Below, piece after piece: positions 47,308-56,245 of a stretch of DNA of 64,000 nucleotides (position 1 is its first letter; the number at the start of each line of letters is the position of its first letter). This DNA comes from Patescibacteria group bacterium (GTDB lineage: Bacteria; Patescibacteriota; WWE3; JAUXAW01; JAYEID01): assembly GCA_034659915.1 (NCBI GenBank), contig JAYEID010000002.1, forward strand, positions 2,089 to 66,088, read 5' to 3'. The notes under the pieces were generated by a model. That model was given only the letters and a program-made list of their open reading frames with translations, was not told the DNA's origin and made no database searches. Position numbers and translations under genes: made by a program.

Positions 47308-48813
47308 TTGTATATAGAGATGACTAAATTAGTTAAATGGCAATTTTTTAGTATGATTTCGCGCTTTGCAGCCATGGGCATTGGTATTCTGCAAAGCATT
47401 TTTGTTGTCCGTTATCTTTCCACAGCAGAGTACGGGTTGGTTGGTTTGGTTACCTCGTTGGGAAGTGTGGTTGGAATTCTTTTGCACTTGGGCTTGGTTT
47501 CGGGAACAATTAGGGAAATTGCTGCGAATGAGGACGTGCGCGAAAAATTCCAGATCTTTGTTACATCTTTTTTTATCCGGTTAAGTGTGGCTGTTTTGCT
47601 TTCTCTTGTTCTTTTCTTTTCTGCTCCCTTGGTTGCTCGGAAGTTTTACTCTCATCCAGAGATTGCTTTTCCAATTAGGATTTTTGCAGTAACACTTTTT
47701 GTTCAGTCTGTTCAGGGTATTTTTGATGCAGTGCTTTCAGGTTTTAAGAGATTTAAGCAATTGTTTGTTTTTCAAGTAGCAATTGCTTTAGTCAGCTTGG
47801 CTTTATATATTCCTTTAATTTTAAAATTTGGGTTTTACGGTTACTTTTGGGCAATGTTGGGTCTAGCCATAATTCATTCTTTTGCTCTTTTTGTTTTGGC
47901 AATTGATTGTTTCAGTAAACAGTTTGGTTATTTAGCGTTTCCTCTGAAACAGTTTCCTGCTTTGGTTCAAAAACTGTTTCGTAATTTAGGATGGAATCGG
48001 CTTATTGTTTATGGAAAACGGATCTTTTCTGTAGGTTTTTCTATTTATATTGTTAAAATTTTATTTACTCTTTGGGAAAAATTCGGGCCGTTGGCGTTAG
48101 GTAGAGTAGTTAGCGCTTCGGACTTGGGTATATTTAATTTTGGTTTGTTTTTTGCAACCAAACTTATGACTGCGTCCGATGCGGTAACTGCAGTTAATCT
48201 TCCTGTTTTTTCAGAAAGTTTTGGGGATGGGCTGGAGAAGTTTAGGCAAGAATTTGATTCTAATTTTAAGAAGATTTTTGCTTTTATTACATTTTCTGCT
48301 GCTACTGCTGTTTTTTGGTCTCCTGAGCTTTTTTACATAGTAGTAGGAAGTAAATATAATGCTACTTTGCCTCTTGTTCCTTGGTTAGTTGTTGCTTTTT
48401 GGTGTTATTCTTTTGTCAATATTATTAATTCTAGTATATTAATTCCAGCTAAGATGACTCGAGACATGATTGTTTCTTATTTAATTCTATTGGTGGGAAC
48501 TGCAGTATCGTTTTTTGTTTTACCAGACGGTCTTTATGCAATGGCATATGCGATGTTTCTGGGAAGCGATTTAGCACTACTTTGGCAAGCTTTTGCTCTT
48601 TTGCGCTATCCCGGAATTAGCATTTTTAGGCGGGAGACTGTTGTGCTAATGATTATTTCTATACCTCTTTTTGCTTTGTATCTTGTTTTTTCTAGTTTGG
48701 TTTTTAAAGCTTTGTTCTTTATCGTGATTTTTCTTGCGTTTGCTTATTTTGTGGACAGGTTTGGGATATTAAAATTTAGTAGAGTTTGCGAGCTTATAAA
48801 TAAGCGACTTTAG
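47308..48813 (+). CDS. Wzx-like flippase / polysaccharide biosynthesis protein (MOP superfamily)
   Basis: About 14 TM helices with a Wzx-like topology. Second flippase in the window. Confidence 0.55.
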   Translation: MYIEMTKLVKWQFFSMISRFAAMGIGILQSIFVVRYLSTAEYGLVGLVTSLGSVVGILLHLGLVSGTIREIAANEDVREKFQIFVTSFFIRLSVAVLLSLVLFFSAPLVARKFYSHPEIAFPIRIFAVTLFVQSVQGIFDAVLSGFKRFKQLFVFQVAIALVSLALYIPLILKFGFYGYFWAMLGLAIIHSFALFVLAIDCFSKQFGYLAFPLKQFPALVQKLFRNLGWNRLIVYGKRIFSVGFSIYIVKILFTLWEKFGPLALGRVVSASDLGIFNFGLFFATKLMTASDAVTAVNLPVFSESFGDGLEKFRQEFDSNFKKIFAFITFSAATAVFWSPELFYIVVGSKYNATLPLVPWLVVAFWCYSFVNIINSSILIPAKMTRDMIVSYLILLVGTAVSFFVLPDGLYAMAYAMFLGSDLALLWQAFALLRYPGISIFRRETVVLMIISIPLFALYLVFSSLVFKALFFIVIFLAFAYFVDRFGILKFSRVCELINKRL

Positions 48814-48914
48814 CTGGTTCTTGCCTATTTTACAGTTGGAGGTGCGCTTAGTTTATGTTATTCTTGTTTTGATGATTTCTGTAATAATACTTATTTATAA
48901 CCCCCTTCGCTAAA

Positions 48915-48935
48915 ACTGCCTGCCGGTAAGGCAGG
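48915..48935. repeat. family-D hairpin (CTGCCTGCCGGTAAGGCAGG), intergenic
   Basis: aaactgcctgccggtaaggcagggct; related copies nested in family-A elements at 3251-3270 and 42354-42374. Confidence 0.6.
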
Positions 48936-48974
48936 GCTATGGGGACATGTTCCGAGAGGAGTTAAATTTTTAAT

Positions 48975-49922
48975 ATGTTGTCAGTAGTTATACCAATTTA
49001 TAATGAAGAGAAAAGTCTCGGGAAGCTTTATGACCGTTTAACTAAGACTTTATCAAAGATAGATGAGGAGTACGAAATTATTGCTGTAAATGACGGTTCT
49101 AGCGACGATTCTTTGCGAGTTCTAAAAAAGCTTCATAAGCAGGACTCCCGCTTTAAGGTAGTTGATTTTCGCCGAAATTTTGGGCAGACTGCTGCGTTGG
49201 CTGCAGGTTTTGATTATGCGCAGGGCGACGTGGTTGTTTCTATTGATGCAGATTTAGAAAATGATCCAAATGATGTTCCAAAGCTTTTGGATAAGCTTGA
49301 TGAGGGTTATGATATTGTTTCTGGTTGGCGGCAAAACCGGTGGGTTGGAGGGTTACTTCAAAAGATTGTCCGCCGTGTTCCTTCTGAGATAGCTAATTTT
49401 CTGGTCCGAAGAGTAACAGGACTTGAACTTCATGATACAGGGTGTACTCTCAAAGCTTATCGGGCGGAAGTTTTGGAGCATGTTGAGCTTTACGGGGAAA
49501 TGCATCGGTTTGTTCCTGCAATTGCAACTCGTTACGGAGCTAAAATTGCCGAGGTCCCGGTAAACTACCAGCCGCGAGAGTTTGGTTCTTCTAAATATGG
49601 GTTTTCACGTACAGTACGTGTTCTTTTGGATTTGGTTCTTCTTAAGTTTCTTTTGGGTTATGGTACAAGACCAATTCAGTTTTTTGGACTGCTAGGTGTT
49701 GTGCTTGGAGGTTTGGGATTTGTTTTTTCGTTATATTTGACGTACGTGAAATTTGGGTTGAATCAATCAATTGGACAGAGACCCCTTCTTCTGCTAGCTG
49801 TGCTGTTGATGGTTTTGGGTGTGCAGTTTGTAACCATGGGTCTTTTGGGTGAGATAGTGATGCGGACTTATTTTGAGTCGCAAAACAAGAAAATTTATGC
49901 GGTGAGGGAGTTTTTGGATTAG
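48975..49922 (+). CDS. GT2 polyprenol-phosphate glycosyltransferase with C-terminal TM helices (GtrB/ArnC-like)
   Basis: LSVVIPIYNEEKSL...IIAVNDGSSDDS...VSIDADLEND plus two C-terminal TM helices (LLGVVLGGLGFVFSLYL...LLLLAVLLMVLGV), the classic GtrB/ArnC architecture. Confidence 0.85.
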   Translation: MLSVVIPIYNEEKSLGKLYDRLTKTLSKIDEEYEIIAVNDGSSDDSLRVLKKLHKQDSRFKVVDFRRNFGQTAALAAGFDYAQGDVVVSIDADLENDPNDVPKLLDKLDEGYDIVSGWRQNRWVGGLLQKIVRRVPSEIANFLVRRVTGLELHDTGCTLKAYRAEVLEHVELYGEMHRFVPAIATRYGAKIAEVPVNYQPREFGSSKYGFSRTVRVLLDLVLLKFLLGYGTRPIQFFGLLGVVLGGLGFVFSLYLTYVKFGLNQSIGQRPLLLLAVLLMVLGVQFVTMGLLGEIVMRTYFESQNKKIYAVREFLD

Positions 49923-49952
49923 TCGTATTAGTCCTATCGGACCTATCTTCCA

Positions 49953-50876
49953 ATGAAGAAAACAATTATAAAAGTAATAGTTAGTGTTGGGCTTTTTTTT
50001 CTGCTCTCTCGTTTGGTAGATTTTGGTGAGCTTTGGCAAACAATTGCTACTGCAAATCTTGCTTTTTTCCTTCTCGGTGCGGCTGTTGTTGCTTTCAACT
50101 ACTTTATTGGTGCTGTCCGTTGGAGTGTACTTCTTGAAGAGGACTCTCCTTCTTTTTTAACTCTTCTTAAGTTTTATTATCTAGGGGGATTTTTTAATAA
50201 TTTTATGCCTTCTAGTGTAGGAGGGGATGCGTATAAGATGTACCGCTTGGGTAAGGAGCTTGGAGACGGTGTTCAGGGCATAGCGGCTACTTTTATGGAT
50301 AGATTTGTGGGTCTTTTCGCACTTTTTTGCCTTTCTTCTTTTGGATTAATTAGTTTTTTGGGAATTAGAGGTTTGGGCGTTTTTCTTGCTTTTTTAGTTT
50401 TGGCTGCGATTGGTTTGTGGTTTTTGAAGTTTGCTTCTCCTTGGCATCCGAAAATCGCCGAGTTTCAAGGACTTATTTATGCTTATCAAAATAAGTATAG
50501 AGTTCTTTTGAAAGCTTTTTTGCTTTCTTTTGGGGTTCAGCTTTGTTCTGTAGGAGCGCAACTTTTAGCTTTTCGTGCTTTAGATCTTTACCCTCCTTTG
50601 GGCAAGGCATTTTTTGTATTGCCGCTTATTAATTTTATTGCCTTTCTTCCTATTTCTTTTAATGGTTTGGGAGTTCAGGATATTTTATTTTCGCGCGCCT
50701 TTCCTTTGCTAGGAGTTGCTGGTGAAAGCGCTGTGGCTGCTTCCCTTGTTTATCACGCAATGAGGTTTGTGATCTCCTTGGTAGGAGGTTTAATTTATGC
50801 GCTAGAAGCTTTTGGAAATGGCACCCCACCTCCAAAAGAAGTTGAGGAATCTGTTTCAACCTCCTCTCGAGTTTAA
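49953..50876 (+). CDS. UPF0104/LPG-synthase-TM 'flippase-like' membrane protein
   Basis: FFNNFMPSSVGGDAYKMYRL matches the GGDalR signature of the UPF0104 (MprF TM-domain-like) family commonly paired with GtrB-like GT2 enzymes. Confidence 0.6.
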   Translation: MKKTIIKVIVSVGLFFLLSRLVDFGELWQTIATANLAFFLLGAAVVAFNYFIGAVRWSVLLEEDSPSFLTLLKFYYLGGFFNNFMPSSVGGDAYKMYRLGKELGDGVQGIAATFMDRFVGLFALFCLSSFGLISFLGIRGLGVFLAFLVLAAIGLWFLKFASPWHPKIAEFQGLIYAYQNKYRVLLKAFLLSFGVQLCSVGAQLLAFRALDLYPPLGKAFFVLPLINFIAFLPISFNGLGVQDILFSRAFPLLGVAGESAVAASLVYHAMRFVISLVGGLIYALEAFGNGTPPPKEVEESVSTSSRV

Positions 50877-50898
50877 TTGGGTTAATTTTTTGTAGCTT

Positions 50899-52773
50899 AT
50901 GCTTAAGAAAATAAAAATAGACAGACTTCTTTTAGTCATTTTTGTTCTTGCTCTTATTCTTCGTCTTTTCGGTATCTGGCACGGTTGGCCGTTTATTTAT
51001 AATATAGATGAACCAGCTTTGGTTCGGAGTGCTATTGGGATTCGTTTTAATCCTAATCCTGGACATTTTGACTGGCCTCATTTGCATTTTTATCTTTCTT
51101 TTGGTGTTTTAGCTTTTTTTTACCTAGTTCGCGGTTTTTTTCAGATTGTGGGTTTGCAACTTCTTTTGATGCAGATAATCCCGTTCTTTTGGAAAGACCC
51201 CGCAATCTATTACTTGATTGTGCGTGTTTTTAATGCGCTTCTTGGTGCGCTGACTATTGTTCCTGTGTATCTTACAGGGAGGGTTTTGTTTGTAGGGGAG
51301 GAGGTTGTCGCAGGAGAAGCCCCTGGGGCTTCTGCAGACCCAGCCCCTGGGGCTGAGGAATGCGGCGGGGGAGATTTGGCGGGCCGTCAATCCAGCTCTC
51401 GCAAGGACGGGTCTTTCCTAGGCCGTTGGTTCGGTGATTTTAGTAATATAGCTTCTTTGCTTTCTGCTTTGGCGTTTGCGGTCTTTCCACTCCATGTAAG
51501 AGATTCTCACTTGGCAACAGTTGATGTTCCTATGGTGTTTTGGCTTGCTTGGTCCATGTATTTTGCGGCGAAAGTTTTAAAAAGTTCTGCTTGGCGCAAT
51601 TATATTTTTGCTGGAATATTTGCAGGGTTGGCTGCTTCAACTAAGTATAACGGTGTCTTTATTTTGTTAGTTATTGTTTTGGCACACTGTTTGCAAATTT
51701 GGTTAAAAAGCCAGGGAGAAGAAACAAAGTTTGTTGCGACTTTTTTCTCAAAGAAGCTTTTGAAAGTTTTTGTTTCTGGGCTCTCTGCTCTACTTGTTTT
51801 CTTTCTTGGTACTCCTTACATTCTTTTTGATTTTAAAACCTTTTGGTCTTATGAGTATGGGCGGGGTTTTCTTTGGTTGTTAGAAGAAACTGGTAGTGTT
51901 TCCAGCTGGGCGGAGTATTTTGCCAATTTTAAATATTTAAGTTCTTTACCTAAGGATCTTTCTTGGACCCTTTATTTAATAGTCCTTTTTTCAATTGGTG
52001 AGTTTTTATGTTTACTACTTAAAAAGATTATTAAGATAGAATTTAAATTACCTGTCAGAATGAATGTTTGCAAGGACGGGTCTTGCCAAAGTGCTTTTTC
52101 ATGGCAATTAGCGAGACTTGCTTTTTTGCTCTTCTTTCCTGTTTTTTATTGTTTATTTGTTATGCGGGGGAAGAAGTTTAATCCTCACTATTTCTTAGCG
52201 GTATACCCGTTTCTTGCATTGGTAGTGGGAAGATTTACAGCAAAAATCGGTCGTTTTGCTAGTTATTTATGGAATTCGGCAGAAGTACCAAGCACCAGAT
52301 CACAAAATCTAAATAAATCTCAAGTTTCAAAACGACAGATCAAAAATAGGGGCGGCGAAGGTGGGACATTTGGGATTTCCGCGCGTAGCGTACTCTTTGC
52401 ACTTATCTTGTTTGTTTTTGTAGTTCCTTTGTATCGCTCTTTTTACACTGGGTTGGTATATTCACGTGTAGATACGAGAACGCAAGCTAGTCAATGGGTA
52501 GGTGAAAATGTTTCGCTGGGATCTAGGGTTGCAATTGTAGGAACAGAAACTATTGAATTAACTGTAGAAGGTGTAAAGTATAAGACATACAAAAAGCTTA
52601 GTATTTTGGATAAGTTTGGGCAATACGATTTTGTGCTTGTTACTAATGAAAAACAAGATTATATGCTGGAAAAAATGGCTGATAATGGTTTTGAATTAGT
52701 TCAGGAGTATAGTAACGAAAAACCAACTCGCCGCGGTCCTTATGTTTGGATTTTTAAAAATATACAAGAGTGA
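50899..52773 (+). CDS. GT39/ArnT-PMT-like glycosyltransferase (GT-C) with family-A and family-C in-frame inserts
   Basis: YNIDEPALVRSAIG (DE loop-1 motif of ArnT/PMT enzymes) and many TM helices. The insert VVAGEAPGASADPAPGAEECGGGDLAGRQSSSRKDGSFLGRW is encoded by 51308-51368 plus 51399-51417. A second family-C-derived CKDGSC lies at 52069-52088. Confidence 0.6.
   Translation: MLKKIKIDRLLLVIFVLALILRLFGIWHGWPFIYNIDEPALVRSAIGIRFNPNPGHFDWPHLHFYLSFGVLAFFYLVRGFFQIVGLQLLLMQIIPFFWKDPAIYYLIVRVFNALLGALTIVPVYLTGRVLFVGEEVVAGEAPGASADPAPGAEECGGGDLAGRQSSSRKDGSFLGRWFGDFSNIASLLSALAFAVFPLHVRDSHLATVDVPMVFWLAWSMYFAAKVLKSSAWRNYIFAGIFAGLAASTKYNGVFILLVIVLAHCLQIWLKSQGEETKFVATFFSKKLLKVFVSGLSALLVFFLGTPYILFDFKTFWSYEYGRGFLWLLEETGSVSSWAEYFANFKYLSSLPKDLSWTLYLIVLFSIGEFLCLLLKKIIKIEFKLPVRMNVCKDGSCQSAFSWQLARLAFLLFFPVFYCLFVMRGKKFNPHYFLAVYPFLALVVGRFTAKIGRFASYLWNSAEVPSTRSQNLNKSQVSKRQIKNRGGEGGTFGISARSVLFALILFVFVVPLYRSFYTGLVYSRVDTRTQASQWVGENVSLGSRVAIVGTETIELTVEGVKYKTYKKLSILDKFGQYDFVLVTNEKQDYMLEKMADNGFELVQEYSNEKPTRRGPYVWIFKNIQE
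51308..51368. repeat. family-A element (canonical 'forward' copy) in-frame in GT39-like gene
   Basis: tcgcaggagaagcccctggggcttctgcagacccagcccctggggctgaggaatgcggcggg. Confidence 0.85.
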
Positions 52774-52842
52774 CCCCAAGTAAGTGCTCCACGTTTGTTT
52801 GAAGTTTGAGGAGGTGATTATCTTTGGTAAAATAGGATATAT

Positions 52843-54342
52843 ATGGATTTAAAAGACATCTTTTTTTCTAGAGCGTTTTTTGTTTTTGTAATTTCTTTTT
52901 CTATATTTTTCTTTTCCTGGTTTTTTGTTTGTAAAACGGGTATTAACGATACCGCTATTCAAAGTCACGATACATTGCCAGCATTATTTATACCTGCTTC
53001 GGTCAGTGTAGAGGGAAACCTCGATTTGGATGAGTACTTTGAGATGCTCATTTCTGAGCATCCTCATCCAGACGGGGAAAGTATTCCCTTTTATTTAAGA
53101 GTAGTTGATGGTCATTTTTATTCCGCTTTTCCTGTTATTACAGGATTACTTGCTATTCCTGTTTATTTTGTTCCTCTCCAACTAGGGTTACCAGTTACTT
53201 TTGAAACTGTAGCATTGCTTGGCCACATTTCCGCCTCTTTTATTGTTGCGCTATCTGCAGTGTTTATATATTTGATCTTTCGGCGGATGGCGGTAAGCGG
53301 AAGGCGACCTGTGATTCTTGCGTTGGTTTACGCATTAGGCACGTGCTCTTTTGCTCTTACTTCCCAGGGCTTGTGGCAGCATACTGCTAGTCAGCTTATG
53401 CTTTCTTTGGCTTTGTACTTCCTTGTTTTGGGATTTGATTCTCCAAATAAAGCACCCTGGTCGGGACTTTTTTTAAGCTTGGCAACTCTTGCTCGTCCAA
53501 CAGGAGCTGTGGCAGTTTTGTTGCTGTCTTTGTATTTTCTACTTCGTTACAGTTGGGTTAATTTTTTAAAATATGTTTCTCTTGGTCTTTTTCCTGTTGC
53601 TGTTTTTTTGGCTGTCCCTGGTATGCATAAAGGTGTTTTTGCTGGTTATGCTTCTCAAGTTGGTTCCAATTGGACAGCACCCTTTCCACAGGGGTTTTTA
53701 GGAGTTTGGTTTTCTCCAAGCAAAGGCGTGCTAATCTATTCGCCCGTTTTTCTGTTTTCGTTTGTGAGTGTATGGATTTTAGTCGCTGATGAGTTAGCTG
53801 ATAAAAATCCTAAATCCGAAACTCTAAATCCTAAACAAATACAAAATTCAAATGACAAAAATTCAAAACGTTTTGAAAATTTGAATTTAGGTAATTCGGA
53901 TTTGTTTAGGATTTCGGATTTCGTGCTTCGAATTTGCCGACGTATAGAAGCGCGGGGGAAACTTGTTTTATTTTACTTTGTGTTTCTGTGCGTGTTTGTC
54001 CATTCCTTTGTCGTCGGCAAGTGGTACCATTGGTATGGTGGTTGGGCTTTTGGATATCGGATGATGAGTGATATGATTCCTTTTCTTGCCTTTTTGTGGG
54101 TACCTTTTGTTAAATCTGAGTATTGGAATAAGTTAAAATATTGGTTTTACTTGGCAGCTGTATGGTCAGTGGGAATTCAGCTTGCAGGGATAGCTTTTTT
54201 TGATGGTGTTTGGCACAACTTGTTTGATGAGGGGCCTGATCAGCAGGCTTGGCTTTGGTCAGTCAAGAACAGCGAGATGCTTTATTACGTGCGACGGCTA
54301 ATTGCAAAACTGCAAGGAAAGCCAACCAGTTTGGTAAGATAA
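52843..54342 (+). CDS. multi-pass membrane protein with an internal long palindromic insertion
   Basis: TM-rich. Residues KNPKSETLNPKQIQNSNDKNSKRFENLNLGNSDLFRISDF are encoded by a ~125-bp inverted-repeat element at 53800-53925, which includes the perfect palindrome TTCAAAACGTTTTGAA. Confidence 0.45.
   Translation: MDLKDIFFSRAFFVFVISFSIFFFSWFFVCKTGINDTAIQSHDTLPALFIPASVSVEGNLDLDEYFEMLISEHPHPDGESIPFYLRVVDGHFYSAFPVITGLLAIPVYFVPLQLGLPVTFETVALLGHISASFIVALSAVFIYLIFRRMAVSGRRPVILALVYALGTCSFALTSQGLWQHTASQLMLSLALYFLVLGFDSPNKAPWSGLFLSLATLARPTGAVAVLLLSLYFLLRYSWVNFLKYVSLGLFPVAVFLAVPGMHKGVFAGYASQVGSNWTAPFPQGFLGVWFSPSKGVLIYSPVFLFSFVSVWILVADELADKNPKSETLNPKQIQNSNDKNSKRFENLNLGNSDLFRISDFVLRICRRIEARGKLVLFYFVFLCVFVHSFVVGKWYHWYGGWAFGYRMMSDMIPFLAFLWVPFVKSEYWNKLKYWFYLAAVWSVGIQLAGIAFFDGVWHNLFDEGPDQQAWLWSVKNSEMLYYVRRLIAKLQGKPTSLVR
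53800..53925. repeat. AT-rich long inverted repeat (AAATCCTAAATCCGAAA ... TTTAGGATTTCGGATTT around TTCAAAACGTTTTGAA) inserted in-frame in CDS 52843..54342
   Basis: Direct reading. Related CAAATTTCAAAT motifs occur at 54345-54400, 55540-55562 and 61522-61550. Confidence 0.65.
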
Positions 54343-54380
54343 GTTTTATGAAGTTCAAATTTCAAAATCCAAATATCAAA

Positions 54381-54775
54381 TGAATGACAGATGTCAAAAT
54401 TCAAAGAAGAGCTATTATGATCTTGAGGAGAGAACAGCTAAATTTGGAGAAGCTATTATTGATTTTGCTAGAAAGATTAAAGTGGAACAATAAATAGAGT
54501 GTTGGTTAGTCATGTGGTTAGAGCAGGAACGAGCATTGGGGCAAATTATATGGAGGCTGATGGTGCAGAGTCAAAAAAAGATTTCAAGCATAAAATAGCT
54601 TTGTGTAAGAAGGAAGCAAAGGAAACAAAGCATTGACTGAGAATGATTTCAAAAGCAGCGCCACGCTACTCTAAGCAATGTAAAGTTCTTTGGCAGGAGG
54701 CACAGGAATTAACTTTGATATTTTCAGCTATTTTGCTAGGTAAGAAGAAAAAGTAAGGGTTTTCTGTTTTGTAAT
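54381..54775 (+). pseudogene. degraded four-helix-bundle ('23S rRNA intervening-sequence protein') gene
   Basis: Fragments MNDRCQNSKKSYYDLEERTAKFGEAIIDFARKI (stop), then in another frame VRAGTSIGANYMEADGAESKKDFKHKIALCKKEAKETKH(TGA)LRMI...LLGKKKK. This matches the family signature GSSIGANIAEA...KDF..KL.IA.KEA.ET.YWL.L but is interrupted by a frameshift and an in-frame TGA. Confidence 0.5.
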
Positions 54776-54828
54776 TTGGGTTTTGACATTGAATTGACAT
54801 TTGAGCTTTTTAATTTGAAATTTTTCCA

Positions 54829-56178
54829 ATGAAAATTATTTTTCTTTCTAACCAACTCTTCGACTACCCTTTAAAGACCAACAAATGGCACGTGGCTACC
54901 CGGGTGGCTGAGCGGGGGCATCGAGTTCTTTTTATTGATCCTCCAATTCGTTTTCGCAAAGTAATAAAACAAATTTTCCAAGGGCGTTGGGGTTTGGGAA
55001 GGTTACTTTCAGGGTTTTACGCTCCGGTCGGCAATTCCCCAAAGCCAGGTTCTGGGACTGGTCTTAGAACCTGGCTTTTGTCCTTGCCGATCGCTACTTT
55101 AAAAGTCTTTACCCCTCTGACCTCTGTGCCTTCCGAATCACCAAACCTTACTCGTTTCAACGTTAACCGAATGAAAAGGAGGGTTCCGGAATTTTTTGAT
55201 GGCGAAGCTATCCTTTGGGTTTATAATCCAGCAATGATTGAGTATATTGAGAAGATACCACACAAGTTATTGGTCTATGATTGTGTGGATGATTATCCTT
55301 CTATGGCTAATTACCAGCGGCTGGGGCTTTCTGATGAGATTGCGAAGAAGGAGGAGCAGATTGCGAGCCGTGCTGACCTTATTTTTGCAACAACTAAAAA
55401 TTTGGCGGAGAAGCTCCGGCAGCGGAATGACAACGTTTATTACGTGGGAAATGCGGGAGACTATGCACGCTTTGCCCCTGCGGCTAAAGCGGAAATTATA
55501 ACCCGCCAGCCCGCTTCACCGAATCGAGGCGAGCCGGCGGACAAATTTCAAATTTCAAATGAAGGAGAAGAAAGAAGAACCGGCGAGGAAAAGTTGCCAA
55601 AGGAAAGTCCCGTCCTTGCGGCTCAAAGGACGGGATTTTCCGGAGTACCAAAACCAATTATCGGCTTTACCGGAGCAATTGACGATTACAAAGTGAACCT
55701 CCCTCTTCTTGTTCGAGTTGCTAAGGACCATCCGGAAAAATCTTTAGTTTTGGTAGGACCAACTGGAGTAGCGGGCGACCAGCCTGATCTTTGTGACCTT
55801 AAAGGACTTGAAAATGTTTATTTTATTGGCGAACGTCCGTATGAAGAAATGCCCGCGTTTTTTGCCCGGTTTGATGTTTACATTATTCCCTATAATCTAA
55901 ACGACTATACGGTAAAGGGTTGTTTTCCGGTTAAGTTTTTGGATGCTTTGGCGGCTGGATTGCCCACTGTGGTTACCAATCTCCCTGCCTACGAAGATTT
56001 TGCTGACGTTTCTTATATTGCTGGAGATGACGAGGAGTTTGGTAAGTTGATTCAAAAAGCATTAGACGAAAATTCCAAGGAGAAAGTAGAGAAGCGTATG
56101 CGCATTGCTCGTCAAAATTCATGGAACAATAAGGTGGAAAAAATGCTTCAGATTGTTACTTCAAAGCTTTCTTCGTAG
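54829..56178 (+). CDS. GT-B-fold glycosyltransferase (GT1/GT4-like) with family-B and family-C in-frame inserts
   Basis: C-terminal half ...LVLVGPTGVAGDQ...FDVYIIPYNLNDYTVKGCFPVKFLDALAAGLPTVVTNL is GT-B-like. GNSPKPGSGTGLRTWLLSLP comes from the family-B element at 55030-55090. PKESPVLAAQRTGFSG comes from the family-C hairpin at 55603-55642. Confidence 0.55.
   Translation: MKIIFLSNQLFDYPLKTNKWHVATRVAERGHRVLFIDPPIRFRKVIKQIFQGRWGLGRLLSGFYAPVGNSPKPGSGTGLRTWLLSLPIATLKVFTPLTSVPSESPNLTRFNVNRMKRRVPEFFDGEAILWVYNPAMIEYIEKIPHKLLVYDCVDDYPSMANYQRLGLSDEIAKKEEQIASRADLIFATTKNLAEKLRQRNDNVYYVGNAGDYARFAPAAKAEIITRQPASPNRGEPADKFQISNEGEERRTGEEKLPKESPVLAAQRTGFSGVPKPIIGFTGAIDDYKVNLPLLVRVAKDHPEKSLVLVGPTGVAGDQPDLCDLKGLENVYFIGERPYEEMPAFFARFDVYIIPYNLNDYTVKGCFPVKFLDALAAGLPTVVTNLPAYEDFADVSYIAGDDEEFGKLIQKALDENSKEKVEKRMRIARQNSWNNKVEKMLQIVTSKLSS
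55030..55090. repeat. family-B element in-frame in plus-strand GT gene
   Basis: gcaattccccaaagccaggttctgggactggtcttagaacctggcttttgtccttgccg. Same DNA orientation as the two copies that are translated on the minus strand in CDS 38922..41036. Confidence 0.8.
55603..55642. repeat. family-C full hairpin in-frame in GT gene
   Basis: gaaagtcccgtccttgcggctcaaaggacgggattttcc. Confidence 0.8.
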
Positions 56179-56245
56179 TGTATACATTGCGACCCTTTCA
56201 TATATAGGTTATAATTTGGTTTAGGTTCAGGATATATAGTTTGGT

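Noticed and set aside
54381-54775. TGA recoding (genetic code 4 or 25)
   Set aside because: Multiple long, motif-complete genes terminate at TGA under the standard code (for example, 4283 and several GT genes). The single TGA-for-Trp occurs in a gene that is also frameshifted, so a nonsense mutation in a pseudogene is more parsimonious.
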